From the NCBI GenBank assembly GCA_963782485.1, contig CAWAJV010000007.1, forward strand, positions 596,677 to 660,676: DNA of 64,000 nucleotides. The letters are read 5' to 3'. Both the position numbers and the translations under genes were made by a program. Below, piece by piece: positions 9,518-17,316 of this stretch (its first letter is position 1; each line of letters begins with the position of its first letter). A model generated the notes under the pieces. That model had not been told where the DNA came from. It made no database searches and was given only the letters and a program-made list of their open reading frames with translations. This stretch comes from an uncultured Actinomycetota bacterium. GTDB lineage: Bacteria > Actinomycetota > Actinomycetes > Frankiales > Frankiaceae.

Positions 9518-9754
9518 TCAGCCAGGCACCACCTTGAGTGCCCGCTTCGGACAGGCGGCAACCGCGTCTGCCACTGCGCCGGCGAGCTCGTCGGGTATCG
9601 CCGACCCGCGCGGGAGGCGTGCGACGGGGTAACCCCAATCATCGGGCTCGAGCAGTTCCGGCACGAGCTCCATGCAGAGCCCGCGCCCGTCGCAGGCGGT
9701 CCAATCGAGGTGCAACCGCTGGGTTCTGGTCGGGGTCGCGGTCGAACCGCTCAT
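9518..9754 (-). CDS. Ferredoxin (single-cluster 3Fe-4S/4Fe-4S type, 78 aa)
   Basis: C-terminal 78 aa of the long ORF with a CxxG..C...CP ferredoxin pattern (ACDGRGLC ... AACP). ATGA overlap with the upstream NuoF-like gene. Confidence 0.75.
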   Translation of the reverse strand: MSGSTATPTRTQRLHLDWTACDGRGLCMELVPELLEPDDWGYPVARLPRGSAIPDELAGAVADAVAACPKRALKVVPG

Positions 9755-11008
9755 CGCCGTCCTCCTGCCACGCAGCCACCTTCGCGGTGGGCTTCGATGT
9801 CGTTCGAAAACGTCATGAGCGCGCTGCGCGCCAGCCGGACGGTGCCGTCCGGGTGGTGACACGCGCCGCGGCCGGCGACCAGTCCGGCCATGCGCTGAAC
9901 TTCGGCTATCGCATCCGGATCGGCTGGCCACCCGGGTTGACCGACCATTCGCCCGAACGCGGCGGCCAGCCGGGGCAACCCGTTGACGCACGGCCCGCAC
10001 TGCCCCGCGCTCTCGTCGGCGAGGTAGTCGAGAATGAGTGAGGTCTGCACGAGTCCGCAGCTCGCCATCGGGAGTGCCGCGACCACCCCGGCACCCGGCG
10101 AGGCGCCGAAGGGCGCCAGCCCGGCCCGGGAGACCGGAGCACGTGCAGCGGCCGGCCACGGGACCCACGCACCGTGATAGCCGCCGATCAGCACCGCCTG
10201 CACGTCCGTCGACGGTCCACCGGCGCTGGCCAGCAGCTGCTCCAGCGGGACTCCGTACTCGAGCTCGTAGACCCCGGGATGGACGACGGCCCCGCTGACG
10301 CTCGCCAGGAACGTGCCCGGTTCGTCGGCGGTACCGGCCAAGCGGAACCACTGCGGACCCATGCGGGCCGCGAGCGCGAGCTGCGCCAGCGTCTCCACGT
10401 TGTGGACGAGCGTCGGCCGGCCGCGCACGCCGGCGGTGACGACCATCCGAGCCTTGTCGCGCGGCAACGGGAGGCCACCGGAAAGCCTCGACGCCACGGC
10501 CGATTCTTCGCCGGAGATGAAGGTGTCAGGCGCTGCGACCAAGGCGACATCGATGCGATCGACCCCACCGCGCTCGATCAGAGCCGCCCGCAGCGCGCCG
10601 ATGAGAATCCTCTGGAACGTAAGCGAAAGCTTGGGCAGCGCCGACCGCGTCGGCCAGCAACTGCAGCCCGTCGAAGACCAGATGCGGCGCGTGGGTCAGC
10701 AGGTAGCGATCCTTCGACGACAGCGGCTCGCCTTCGGCCCCGTTAGCCACCACGACGGCGCGGCGCCCGGCCGCCACGGCCGCCAGCTTGCGTGCCGACG
10801 GGAAGCCGGCGCCTCCGCGGCCGGTGAGACCGCTGTCGGCCATCAAACGGATCAGCTGGTCCGAGCCGGTGACCCACGGAATCGGGCCGACCCGCTCGAG
10901 ATGCGCGCCGAACTCGAGCCAGCCGGCGGCGAGCAGGCGCTTCGTACCCGTCCCAGCCGACGGTCCCGTGCCGAATCCCATGACCGGCTCACGTATCGCC
11001 GCGTTCAT
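9751..11008 (-). pseudogene. NuoF-like NADH-binding FMN/4Fe-4S flavoprotein (51-kDa subunit family), interrupted by a +1 frameshift near 10604-10610
   Basis: N-terminal ORF carries GRGGAGFP and VVANGAEGEP motifs. C-terminal ORF carries ISGEESA, NVET and the SAGQCGPC Fe-S motif. The two frames join at GAT-T-CTC. Confidence 0.7.
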
Positions 11009-11604
11009 CGCGCTCTCCCTGCCAAGCCGACGGAGTTCCTGACCAGCGGGCGTCGCACCTGGCCGTGCTCGGCGTAGCGCGGTGCGAGCCTCCAGCTGAC
11101 CGCTGCGGCGATGGCGAACGCACAGGCTCCGGCGATCACGCGCATCCAGAGCGTGCCGCTGTCGGTGCCGTTGCCAAGCGCGTGGGCGAAGGCGACGGGC
11201 CAGCACAGATACGCCAGCCAATGCACCGCTCGCCACGCGCGCTCAGGCATGCGCCCCCGCAGCAGGCTGGTCGCCACCAAGGTCACGATCAACTCGAGGG
11301 CCAGGGTCCCGAGGCCCTGCCAGAACGGCCGGTACGACCCGAGGAACGGCACGAAGACGTCGGTCACGTTCACGCCGGCCTTGCTGTCGAGCAGCAGGGT
11401 CGTGATGTGGACGCCGATCAGGACGACGGCCAGCAGGCTCGCGTTGCGGTGCACCATGGCGACCGCGAAGCGCGGCAGCCCGAGGATCTGCCGGCCGGAA
11501 CGGCTCGCGATGCCGAGGGCGACGACGATCGTCAGCAGCACGAGGGAGACGACCCCCGTCCCCCGTGCGGCGTACCAGAGCCCGGCGTCAGTGACGGTGC
11601 TCAT
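11005..11604 (-). CDS. Ferric-reductase-like (MsrQ/YedZ-type) haem-b transmembrane protein
   Basis: 199 aa, six predicted TM helices with conserved His pairs. ATGA coupling to both neighbours. Confidence 0.65.
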   Translation of the reverse strand: MSTVTDAGLWYAARGTGVVSLVLLTIVVALGIASRSGRQILGLPRFAVAMVHRNASLLAVVLIGVHITTLLLDSKAGVNVTDVFVPFLGSYRPFWQGLGTLALELIVTLVATSLLRGRMPERAWRAVHWLAYLCWPVAFAHALGNGTDSGTLWMRVIAGACAFAIAAAVSWRLAPRYAEHGQVRRPLVRNSVGLAGRAR

Positions 11605-12554
11605 GACGGGGTCTCCTGCGGGAATCCGGCGATGCAGACGACCTGGGCCGACGCGTCGGCGCTCACGAGACGGGCCGCGAAACCCCGTTCGGCGAGCCAG
11701 GCCGGTGCCGCCGCACCGAGGATCAGCGCGGCCGTGCTGAGGGCATTGGCCTGAGCGCAGGCCGGCGCGCAGACGCTCGCGGTGCGCCAGACCTGCGCCG
11801 CCGGGCGGCAGGAGCGCGGATCGAGCACGTGATGCATCTGCTGCTCACCCGCCATCCACTGCCGCCCTTGCGTGCTGCTGGTGGCGATCGCCGACTCGGG
11901 GGCCAGCCTCACGACGATCGACGGGTCGCCCGGCCGGTCCTGAACCAGCACCTCCCAGCCTGATCCGGGGACCGGTCCCGCGGTCGCGATGTCTCCCCCG
12001 AGCGCCATCAACACGCCGACCGGCAACTCGCGCGCGATCTCAGCCGCGATCAGGTCGGCGGTGAGCGCCTTGCCGGTCGCGCCGAGGTCCAGCCGCATGC
12101 CGGCGGGAACCGTCAGCGTCGCGCCATCAAGGACCACGTGGCGCCAGCTCGGGGCATGGCGCACCCGCAGGGTCGCCCCGCCCGGGCGGAGCGGTTGAGG
12201 CTCGCCCATCTCGGCCCAGTCCCGGTCGTAACCGGCATCGACCAGAGCGTTGCCGATGGTGGGGGTGACGAGCCCATCCGTCGCGCGCGCGGCGTCGAGC
12301 GCGACCCCGATCAGCTGCGCCAGCAGCGGGCTCACGGAAACCGGCCGGCCGCTCGAGCGCGCCATCAGCGTCATCAGCTCGGAGTCGGGACGAAACCGGC
12401 TGCACGCCAGGTCGACCCCGGCGATGACCCGCTCGGCGATCTCCCGGGCGGCAGGCAGCACAGCCGCGTCCGTCACCACCAGGCGCGCGGTGGTGCTCCA
12501 CACCGGCCATTGCGCCGTGGTGGGGGTCAGCGGCAGCGTCTCATTGAGCGGCAT
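11601..12554 (-). CDS. apbE: FAD:protein FMN transferase (ApbE family)
   Basis: ApbE-like N-terminal core (WSTTARLVV ... DLACSRFRPDSELMTL) and Mg/FAD-binding C-terminal region. Start at the Met with an RBS (GGAGGG). No signal peptide of its own. Confidence 0.8.
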   Translation of the reverse strand: MPLNETLPLTPTTAQWPVWSTTARLVVTDAAVLPAAREIAERVIAGVDLACSRFRPDSELMTLMARSSGRPVSVSPLLAQLIGVALDAARATDGLVTPTIGNALVDAGYDRDWAEMGEPQPLRPGGATLRVRHAPSWRHVVLDGATLTVPAGMRLDLGATGKALTADLIAAEIARELPVGVLMALGGDIATAGPVPGSGWEVLVQDRPGDPSIVVRLAPESAIATSSTQGRQWMAGEQQMHHVLDPRSCRPAAQVWRTASVCAPACAQANALSTAALILGAAAPAWLAERGFAARLVSADASAQVVCIAGFPQETPS

Positions 12555-12555
12555 G

Positions 12556-12834
12556 TCAGGACCCTCCGGAGGTGGCAGCGGGTGTCGTGCTGGTACTCGA
12601 CGAGCTGCTGGCCGTCGGGGCGCTCGATGACGCACTGGACGTCGGCGTGCTGGATGAGGTGCTGGATGAGGTGCTGGAGCTGGGCGTGCTGGTCGAGGTG
12701 CTCGCGGCCGACGTCGTGGAATTCGTGCTCTGACTGGCGAGAACGCCGGTGGCGGTCGCCCCCACGGCGGCAACGGCAGCCAAACCGGCCGTTGCCACGG
12801 CAATCTTGCGGCGTCCGCTTTCCCTGACGGTCAC
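12556..12834 (-). CDS. Tat-signal peptide followed by a poly-Ser/Thr low-complexity protein (92 aa); possibly the detached N-terminus of a secreted ApbE
   Basis: Twin-arginine signal (SGRRKIAVATAGLAAV). The S/T tract is encoded by 12-bp tandem repeats. Its stop lies 1 nt before the ApbE ATG. Confidence 0.45.
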   Translation of the reverse strand: MTVRESGRRKIAVATAGLAAVAAVGATATGVLASQSTNSTTSAASTSTSTPSSSTSSSTSSSTPTSSASSSAPTASSSSSTSTTPAATSGGS

Positions 12835-12848
12835 GTCTGCCTCCCTGC

Positions 12849-12872
12849 TTGATTAGAGGCCCGATTGATTGG
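12849..12872. promoter_or_regulatory. Direct repeats TTGATTAGAGG-ccc-GATTGATTGG in the divergent promoter between the electron-transfer operon and the response regulator
   Basis: Seen in sequence. The TGATTG motif recurs at 15457-15520. Confidence 0.35.
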
Positions 12873-13053
12873 AGCGACTGGTGCGCTTCGGTGTGGCCCT
12901 GCCCCGAGCATTGGCAGCCGGGCTGTGGGGCAGCTGTGCGCGGTCCCTGGACTTGCTTTGCCGGGCCGCGACCAGGGATGCTCGCCCCGTTACACAGCCA
13001 AGTCACAGGTGTCGCACAGTCCCTAAGGAAGGTGGCGGCCGAGTCTGTTACCT

Positions 13054-13794
13054 ATGAGGACCCAATCCCCCCTTGCTACCGCCCAGCCCGAGCTGCAGCG
13101 CCCGGGCGGCGGTCCCGTGCGCGCGCTCGTCGTCGACGACGAAGCGACCCTCGCCGAGCTGCTGTCCATGGCGCTCCGCTACGAGAACTGGGACGTGCGG
13201 ACGGCTGGGGACGGGCTGAGCGCGATCCGCACCGCGCGCGAGTTCAAGCCGGACGTCGTCATCCTCGACGTGATGCTGCCCGACCTGGACGGGCTCGAGG
13301 TGCTGCGCCGGCTGCACGCCGACTTCCCGGCGCTGCCGGTGCTCTTCCTCACCGCGAAGGACGCTGTGGAGGACCGCATCGCCGGCCTCACGGCGGGCGG
13401 AGACGATTACGTCACCAAGCCGTTCAGCCTCGAGGAGGTGGTGGCCCGGGTCCGCGGCCTGCTGCGCCGCGCTGCCGTAGCCACGAAGACCGAGTCGCGC
13501 CTGGAGGTCGGCGACCTCGTCATGGACGAGGACAGCCGCGAGGTCGAGCGCGCCGGTGAGCTGATCAACCTGACGACCACCGAGTTCGAGCTGCTGCGCT
13601 TCTTCATGCGCAACCCGCGCCGGGTGCTGTCGAAGGCGCAGATTCTCGACCGGGTCTGGCAGTACGACTTCGGCGGCCAGGCCAACGTGGTCGAGCTCTA
13701 CGTCTCCTACCTCCGCAAGAAGATCGACGCCGGCCGCGAGCCGATGATCCACACCGTGCGGGGCGCCGGGTACGTCCTGAAACCGGCACGCTGA
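13054..13794 (+). CDS. OmpR-family response regulator
   Basis: Receiver domain (VVDDE, D at ILDVMLPD, T..K) and winged-helix output domain. Confidence 0.9.
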   Translation: MRTQSPLATAQPELQRPGGGPVRALVVDDEATLAELLSMALRYENWDVRTAGDGLSAIRTAREFKPDVVILDVMLPDLDGLEVLRRLHADFPALPVLFLTAKDAVEDRIAGLTAGGDDYVTKPFSLEEVVARVRGLLRRAAVATKTESRLEVGDLVMDEDSREVERAGELINLTTTEFELLRFFMRNPRRVLSKAQILDRVWQYDFGGQANVVELYVSYLRKKIDAGREPMIHTVRGAGYVLKPAR

Positions 13795-13801
13795 GCTTCT
13801 G

Positions 13802-15448
13802 GTGACACCGCGGCGGCACATCCCCCGGCCCCGATTTCGGCGGCCGTGGACGCTGCGCGGGCGCCTCCTGGCGGTGCTGCTCGGGCTGCTCGCGCTCGTA
13901 TGCGTGATCATCGGTTTCGTCAGCGTGACAGCGGTCAACCATCAGATCCTCGGCCAGGTGGACCGCCAGCTGGTCAGCGCGGGAGACCGCTCCATCAGAG
14001 CGAATGGCGCCGACGGCCACGACGGCCATGACGACGGCGAGTCGCCGGGAGGAAACGGTTCGCCCGGGTTCCTCTTCGTGCCCGGCCAAGCGGCCGGCAC
14101 GCTGGGCGCGCTGCGCAGCGGCGAGACCATCCTGGGCGCCGGCGTCCTCACCGGGTTCAACACGTCGACCCCCGTCCCGTCCGACGACTACGAGACGCTG
14201 GCCGGCGTGCCTGCGGACAGCAAGCCGCACACCGTCGCTCTCGACGGGCTCGGGGAGTACCGCGTCGTGGTCACCGCCGACGGTGACGGCGACGGCACCA
14301 TGCTGATCACCGGCCTTCCCCTCAAGGACGCCAACGCGACGATCCTGCGGCTCACCTGGGTCATCGTCCTGGTCAGTGCGATCGGGCTGGTCGGGGCGGC
14401 CGTCGCGGGCAGCTTCATCGTGCGGCTCACGCTGCGCCCGCTGCGGCGGGTGGCGGAGACCGCGACCCGCGTTTCCAAGCTCCGCCTCGATCGCGGCGAG
14501 GTGGCGCTTCGCGAACGCGTGCCGGAGGCCGACACCGACACCCGCACGGAGGTCGGCCAGGTCGGTGCGGCACTGAACAGCCTGCTCGGCCACGTCTCGA
14601 CCGCGCTGACCGCCCGCCAGGCCAGTGAGACGCGGGTGCGCCAGTTCGTCGCCGATGCGAGCCATGAGCTGCGCACGCCGCTGGCCGCCATCCGCGGTTA
14701 CGCCGAACTCACCCGGCGGACCGGCGACGACCTCCCGGAGGACATCACCTACGCGATGGACCGGGTGGAGTCCGAAGCCCGGCGCATGACCGGACTCGTC
14801 GAGGACCTTCTCCTGCTGGCCCGGCTCGACGCCGGGCGCCCCATCGACCGGGCGACCGTCGATCTCACGGCGCTCGTGATCGATGCCGTGAGCGATGCGC
14901 ATGCGGCCGGCCCCCAGCATCCGGTGCATCTGAACCTGCCGGAGGAGCCTATCGAGATCACCGGCGATCCGGCCCGGCTGCACCAGGTGCTCACCAACCT
15001 GCTGACGAACGCCCGCACCCACACGGCTCCCGGCACGCGCATCGCGGTGACGCTGCGCCTCGACGATGCTCCTGGGAACGCCGGGGAGCCTGCGGTTGTC
15101 GTCGAGGTCGCTGACGAGGGACCAGGCATCCCGCCTGCCCTGCTCCCCCACATCTTCGAGCGCTTCGCCCGGGCCGACACGTCCCGTTCCCGGATCGCCG
15201 GCAGCACCGGTCTCGGCCTGGCCATCGTCACGGCGGTCGTGGGCGCCCACGGCGGCAGCGTCGACGTGCGCACCCAGCCCGGTCACACCGTCTTCGCCGT
15301 GCGCCTCCCCGTCGCCGGTCGCGCCGCTGCGGAGGCCCCGACCGCGGCCCAGCAGCAGAACCGAGCAGGTCATCCTGGGAGCAGCCTCGACCCCGGCTGC
15401 GAAACGCCGGTCCAGGACCCTCCTCGAGATCGCGCTAGAACGCCATGA
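13802..15448 (+). CDS. Sensor histidine kinase (two TM helices, periplasmic loop, HAMP, HisKA, HATPase)
   Basis: H-box ASHELRTPL, N box LLTNARTHT, G boxes DEGPGIP and GSTGLGLAIV. GTG start 7 nt after the regulator stop. Confidence 0.9.
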   Translation: MTPRRHIPRPRFRRPWTLRGRLLAVLLGLLALVCVIIGFVSVTAVNHQILGQVDRQLVSAGDRSIRANGADGHDGHDDGESPGGNGSPGFLFVPGQAAGTLGALRSGETILGAGVLTGFNTSTPVPSDDYETLAGVPADSKPHTVALDGLGEYRVVVTADGDGDGTMLITGLPLKDANATILRLTWVIVLVSAIGLVGAAVAGSFIVRLTLRPLRRVAETATRVSKLRLDRGEVALRERVPEADTDTRTEVGQVGAALNSLLGHVSTALTARQASETRVRQFVADASHELRTPLAAIRGYAELTRRTGDDLPEDITYAMDRVESEARRMTGLVEDLLLLARLDAGRPIDRATVDLTALVIDAVSDAHAAGPQHPVHLNLPEEPIEITGDPARLHQVLTNLLTNARTHTAPGTRIAVTLRLDDAPGNAGEPAVVVEVADEGPGIPPALLPHIFERFARADTSRSRIAGSTGLGLAIVTAVVGAHGGSVDVRTQPGHTVFAVRLPVAGRAAAEAPTAAQQQNRAGHPGSSLDPGCETPVQDPPRDRARTP

Positions 15449-15456
15449 TTGCCGGA

Positions 15457-15520
15457 ATCTCGCAACTGTCCCGCCGGGTTTCCGTGCTGATCGGCCCTAT
15501 TGCGAAATGTGATTGCCGGA
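15457..15520. promoter_or_regulatory. Two roughly 20-bp direct repeats (TGATTGCCGGAAtcTCGcAA / TGATTGCCGGAAatacTCGAA) about 57 bp apart
   Basis: Seen in sequence, in a lower-GC spacer downstream of the kinase gene and upstream of the CBS membrane-protein gene. Confidence 0.35.
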
Positions 15521-15613
15521 AATACTCGAAGAGCCGGACCGGTTGCGGTCACTACAACGTTGTGGTGGCCGGCCGGCCGGTCCACAGCCCAAGCTTCCTC
15601 GAACGGAACGCCG

Positions 15614-16945
15614 ATGCACCTGCACAAGCCCCACCTCCGCTCCTCCGGCTCCCAGCCGAGCACTGACCTGGACTCCCGCTCCGGTCAGCGACGCGAGCCA
15701 GACCGCCCCCCGCGCCGGCCGCGCGTCACCTTCCGCCCCTCTGCGGTGTTCACGTGGCTCTTCGTCACCCTCGTCATGGTGACCGGCCCGCTGCAGCTCG
15801 CCGTCCCGGATCAGGGCAGCTCGGCGTACTTCTCGGCCGCAGGGCTGGGTGGCCTGGCCGTCGTCGGAGCGCTCATCGTGGCCGAGCTCCGGCGCGCCCG
15901 GCGCATGGCGCAGGCCGGGCTCGACGTGGAGCGCGTCGAGGTGGGCCTGTTGCGAGCCCGCACGGTCGCTACCGGCGAGGTTTCGACCCCCGGAGGACTC
16001 CGGCGCGTCAGCTGGGCAGGTCCCCTGACGCTGGCCGCGACGGCGGCGGTCCTTGCCGCAGCCGGCGGACTCCTGCTCCTATCGGGTTCGCACGGTTTCC
16101 GGCTGCTGGCTGCTTCCGCGCTGTTCTCCGCGATCGGTATCGCCTCACTCGCGATCGCTGACCTGATCCCGGCCCCGGGCTCGCCCGGCAGCCAGCTGAT
16201 CTTCGCGCGCGCCTGGCGGCGCAGCGGGCGGCGCGACACCGCGCTCGCCCCGACCGCCCGTGCTGGTGTCATCAGTGGCTGGGCGTTGATCGTGGCCGGG
16301 TTCGTGCTGGTGACGTTCGTGAGCCTGGCCGGGCTCTGGGTCGGCCTCATCGGGGCTGCTGTCGTCGCCGGCTCGCGGCTCATGCTGGCCGGCGCGCGCA
16401 CCCGAGAGCGCCTCACCGGGCTCCGCGCCACTGACGTGATGTCGGCCGCCCCGCCGGAGGTGTCGTCCTTCGCCACGGCCGGTGTCGCATTCTCGGATGT
16501 GGCCCTGCCCAGCCGGGCCGACCTGCTCATCGTTCGCGACCCGGACGGCAGCCTCGGCGGGATCGTCTCCACCCAAGCACTCGCCGCCGTCCCGGGCGAT
16601 GATCGCGAGCTGGTCCGCGTGCGGCGCCTCGCGATCGCGGCGGGCAACATCCCGATCGTCGGCCCCGACGAGCCGATGGAGCAAGTACTCGAGCAGCTGG
16701 CGGCGCGCCCGCTCGCCGGGGTCGCACTCGTCGTCGATGAGGCGGCCGTCGAGTCCTTCGCGGGAGTGCCGCAGGTCGTCGGCATCATCACCCCCGCTGA
16801 CGTCGCTCGAACCGTCTCTCTCATGGATGCGGCCAACCCGGGCCGGCGCGGCGGCGGTCCCAAGAGGCCCGGTGGGTTCGGTGGATCCGGTGGCTCCGGT
16901 GGCGATACCGGCAACCCCTGGGCGCGCAAGAATCCCTTCGGGTAG
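15614..16945 (+). CDS. Membrane protein with a C-terminal CBS-domain pair
   Basis: Start at the internal Met (MHLHKP) just after a low-GC spacer. Multiple TM helices, then two CBS-like segments. The Gly-rich tail overlaps the start of the repeat array. Confidence 0.65.
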   Translation: MHLHKPHLRSSGSQPSTDLDSRSGQRREPDRPPRRPRVTFRPSAVFTWLFVTLVMVTGPLQLAVPDQGSSAYFSAAGLGGLAVVGALIVAELRRARRMAQAGLDVERVEVGLLRARTVATGEVSTPGGLRRVSWAGPLTLAATAAVLAAAGGLLLLSGSHGFRLLAASALFSAIGIASLAIADLIPAPGSPGSQLIFARAWRRSGRRDTALAPTARAGVISGWALIVAGFVLVTFVSLAGLWVGLIGAAVVAGSRLMLAGARTRERLTGLRATDVMSAAPPEVSSFATAGVAFSDVALPSRADLLIVRDPDGSLGGIVSTQALAAVPGDDRELVRVRRLAIAAGNIPIVGPDEPMEQVLEQLAARPLAGVALVVDEAAVESFAGVPQVVGIITPADVARTVSLMDAANPGRRGGGPKRPGGFGGSGGSGGDTGNPWARKNPFG

Positions 16946-16966
16946 GGGCTTTCTCGGCCCGCCGCC

Positions 16967-17199
16967 GGCGACCCGCGCTCGGACTCGCTCCGCTCGCCCG
17001 AGTCACGATCCCCCATACCCATGGTCGGCGACCCGCGCTCGGACTCGCTCCGCTCGCCCGAGTCACGATCCCCTCCATACCCATGGTCGGCGACCGCGCT
17101 CGGACTCGCTCCGCTCGCCCGAGTCACGATCCCCTCCATACCCATGGTCGGCGACCCGCGCTCGGACTCGCTCCGCTCGCCCGAGTCACGATCCCCTCC
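16967..17199 (+). repeat. Tandem array of about 3.8 copies of a 61-62-bp repeat unit (GGCGACCCGCGCTCGGACTCGCTCCGCTCGCCCGAGTCACGATCCCCTCCATACCCATGGTC)
   Basis: Copies at 16967-17026, 17027-17088, 17089-17149 (1-nt deletion) and 17150-17199 (truncated). Each unit has an internal GACTCG/CGAGTC stem and ends in CCATGG. Confidence 0.85.
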
Positions 17200-17203
17200 G
17201 ACG

Positions 17204-17230
17204 CCCGGGCAGGGCCCATCCCTGCCCGGG
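17204..17230 (+). other. Strong GC hairpin (11-bp stem CCCGGGCAGGG, loop CCCAT) immediately after the repeat array
   Basis: Seen in sequence; no U-tract. Possible factor-independent terminator or structural element. Confidence 0.35.
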
Positions 17231-17316
17231 CGCACCACCCGCACTCGCAACGCTTGATCGACCCTGCACGTTCTGCCACTCCTGCTGGCCGTCTCTTTGA
17301 CCGGAAGGTCTGACAC

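Noticed and set aside
10604-10610. Programmed +1 ribosomal frameshifting at GGATTCTC in the NuoF-like and APH-like genes
   Set aside because: There are four other frameshifts in the window in unrelated homopolymer contexts, and no slippery-codon or stimulatory structure. Sequencing error is the simpler explanation.
16967-17199. Tandem 62-bp repeats considered as a CRISPR array
   Set aside because: The units are directly abutting with no unique spacers, no cas genes are nearby, and single copies are scattered at gene ends. It behaves as a dispersed repeat or minisatellite, not CRISPR.
17200-17316. Expected yybP-ykoY (Mn) riboswitch upstream of terC
   Set aside because: I could not find the conserved yybP-ykoY sequence elements by eye. 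Only the repeat array and a GC hairpin are present. Left as unconfirmed; it needs a covariance-model scan.
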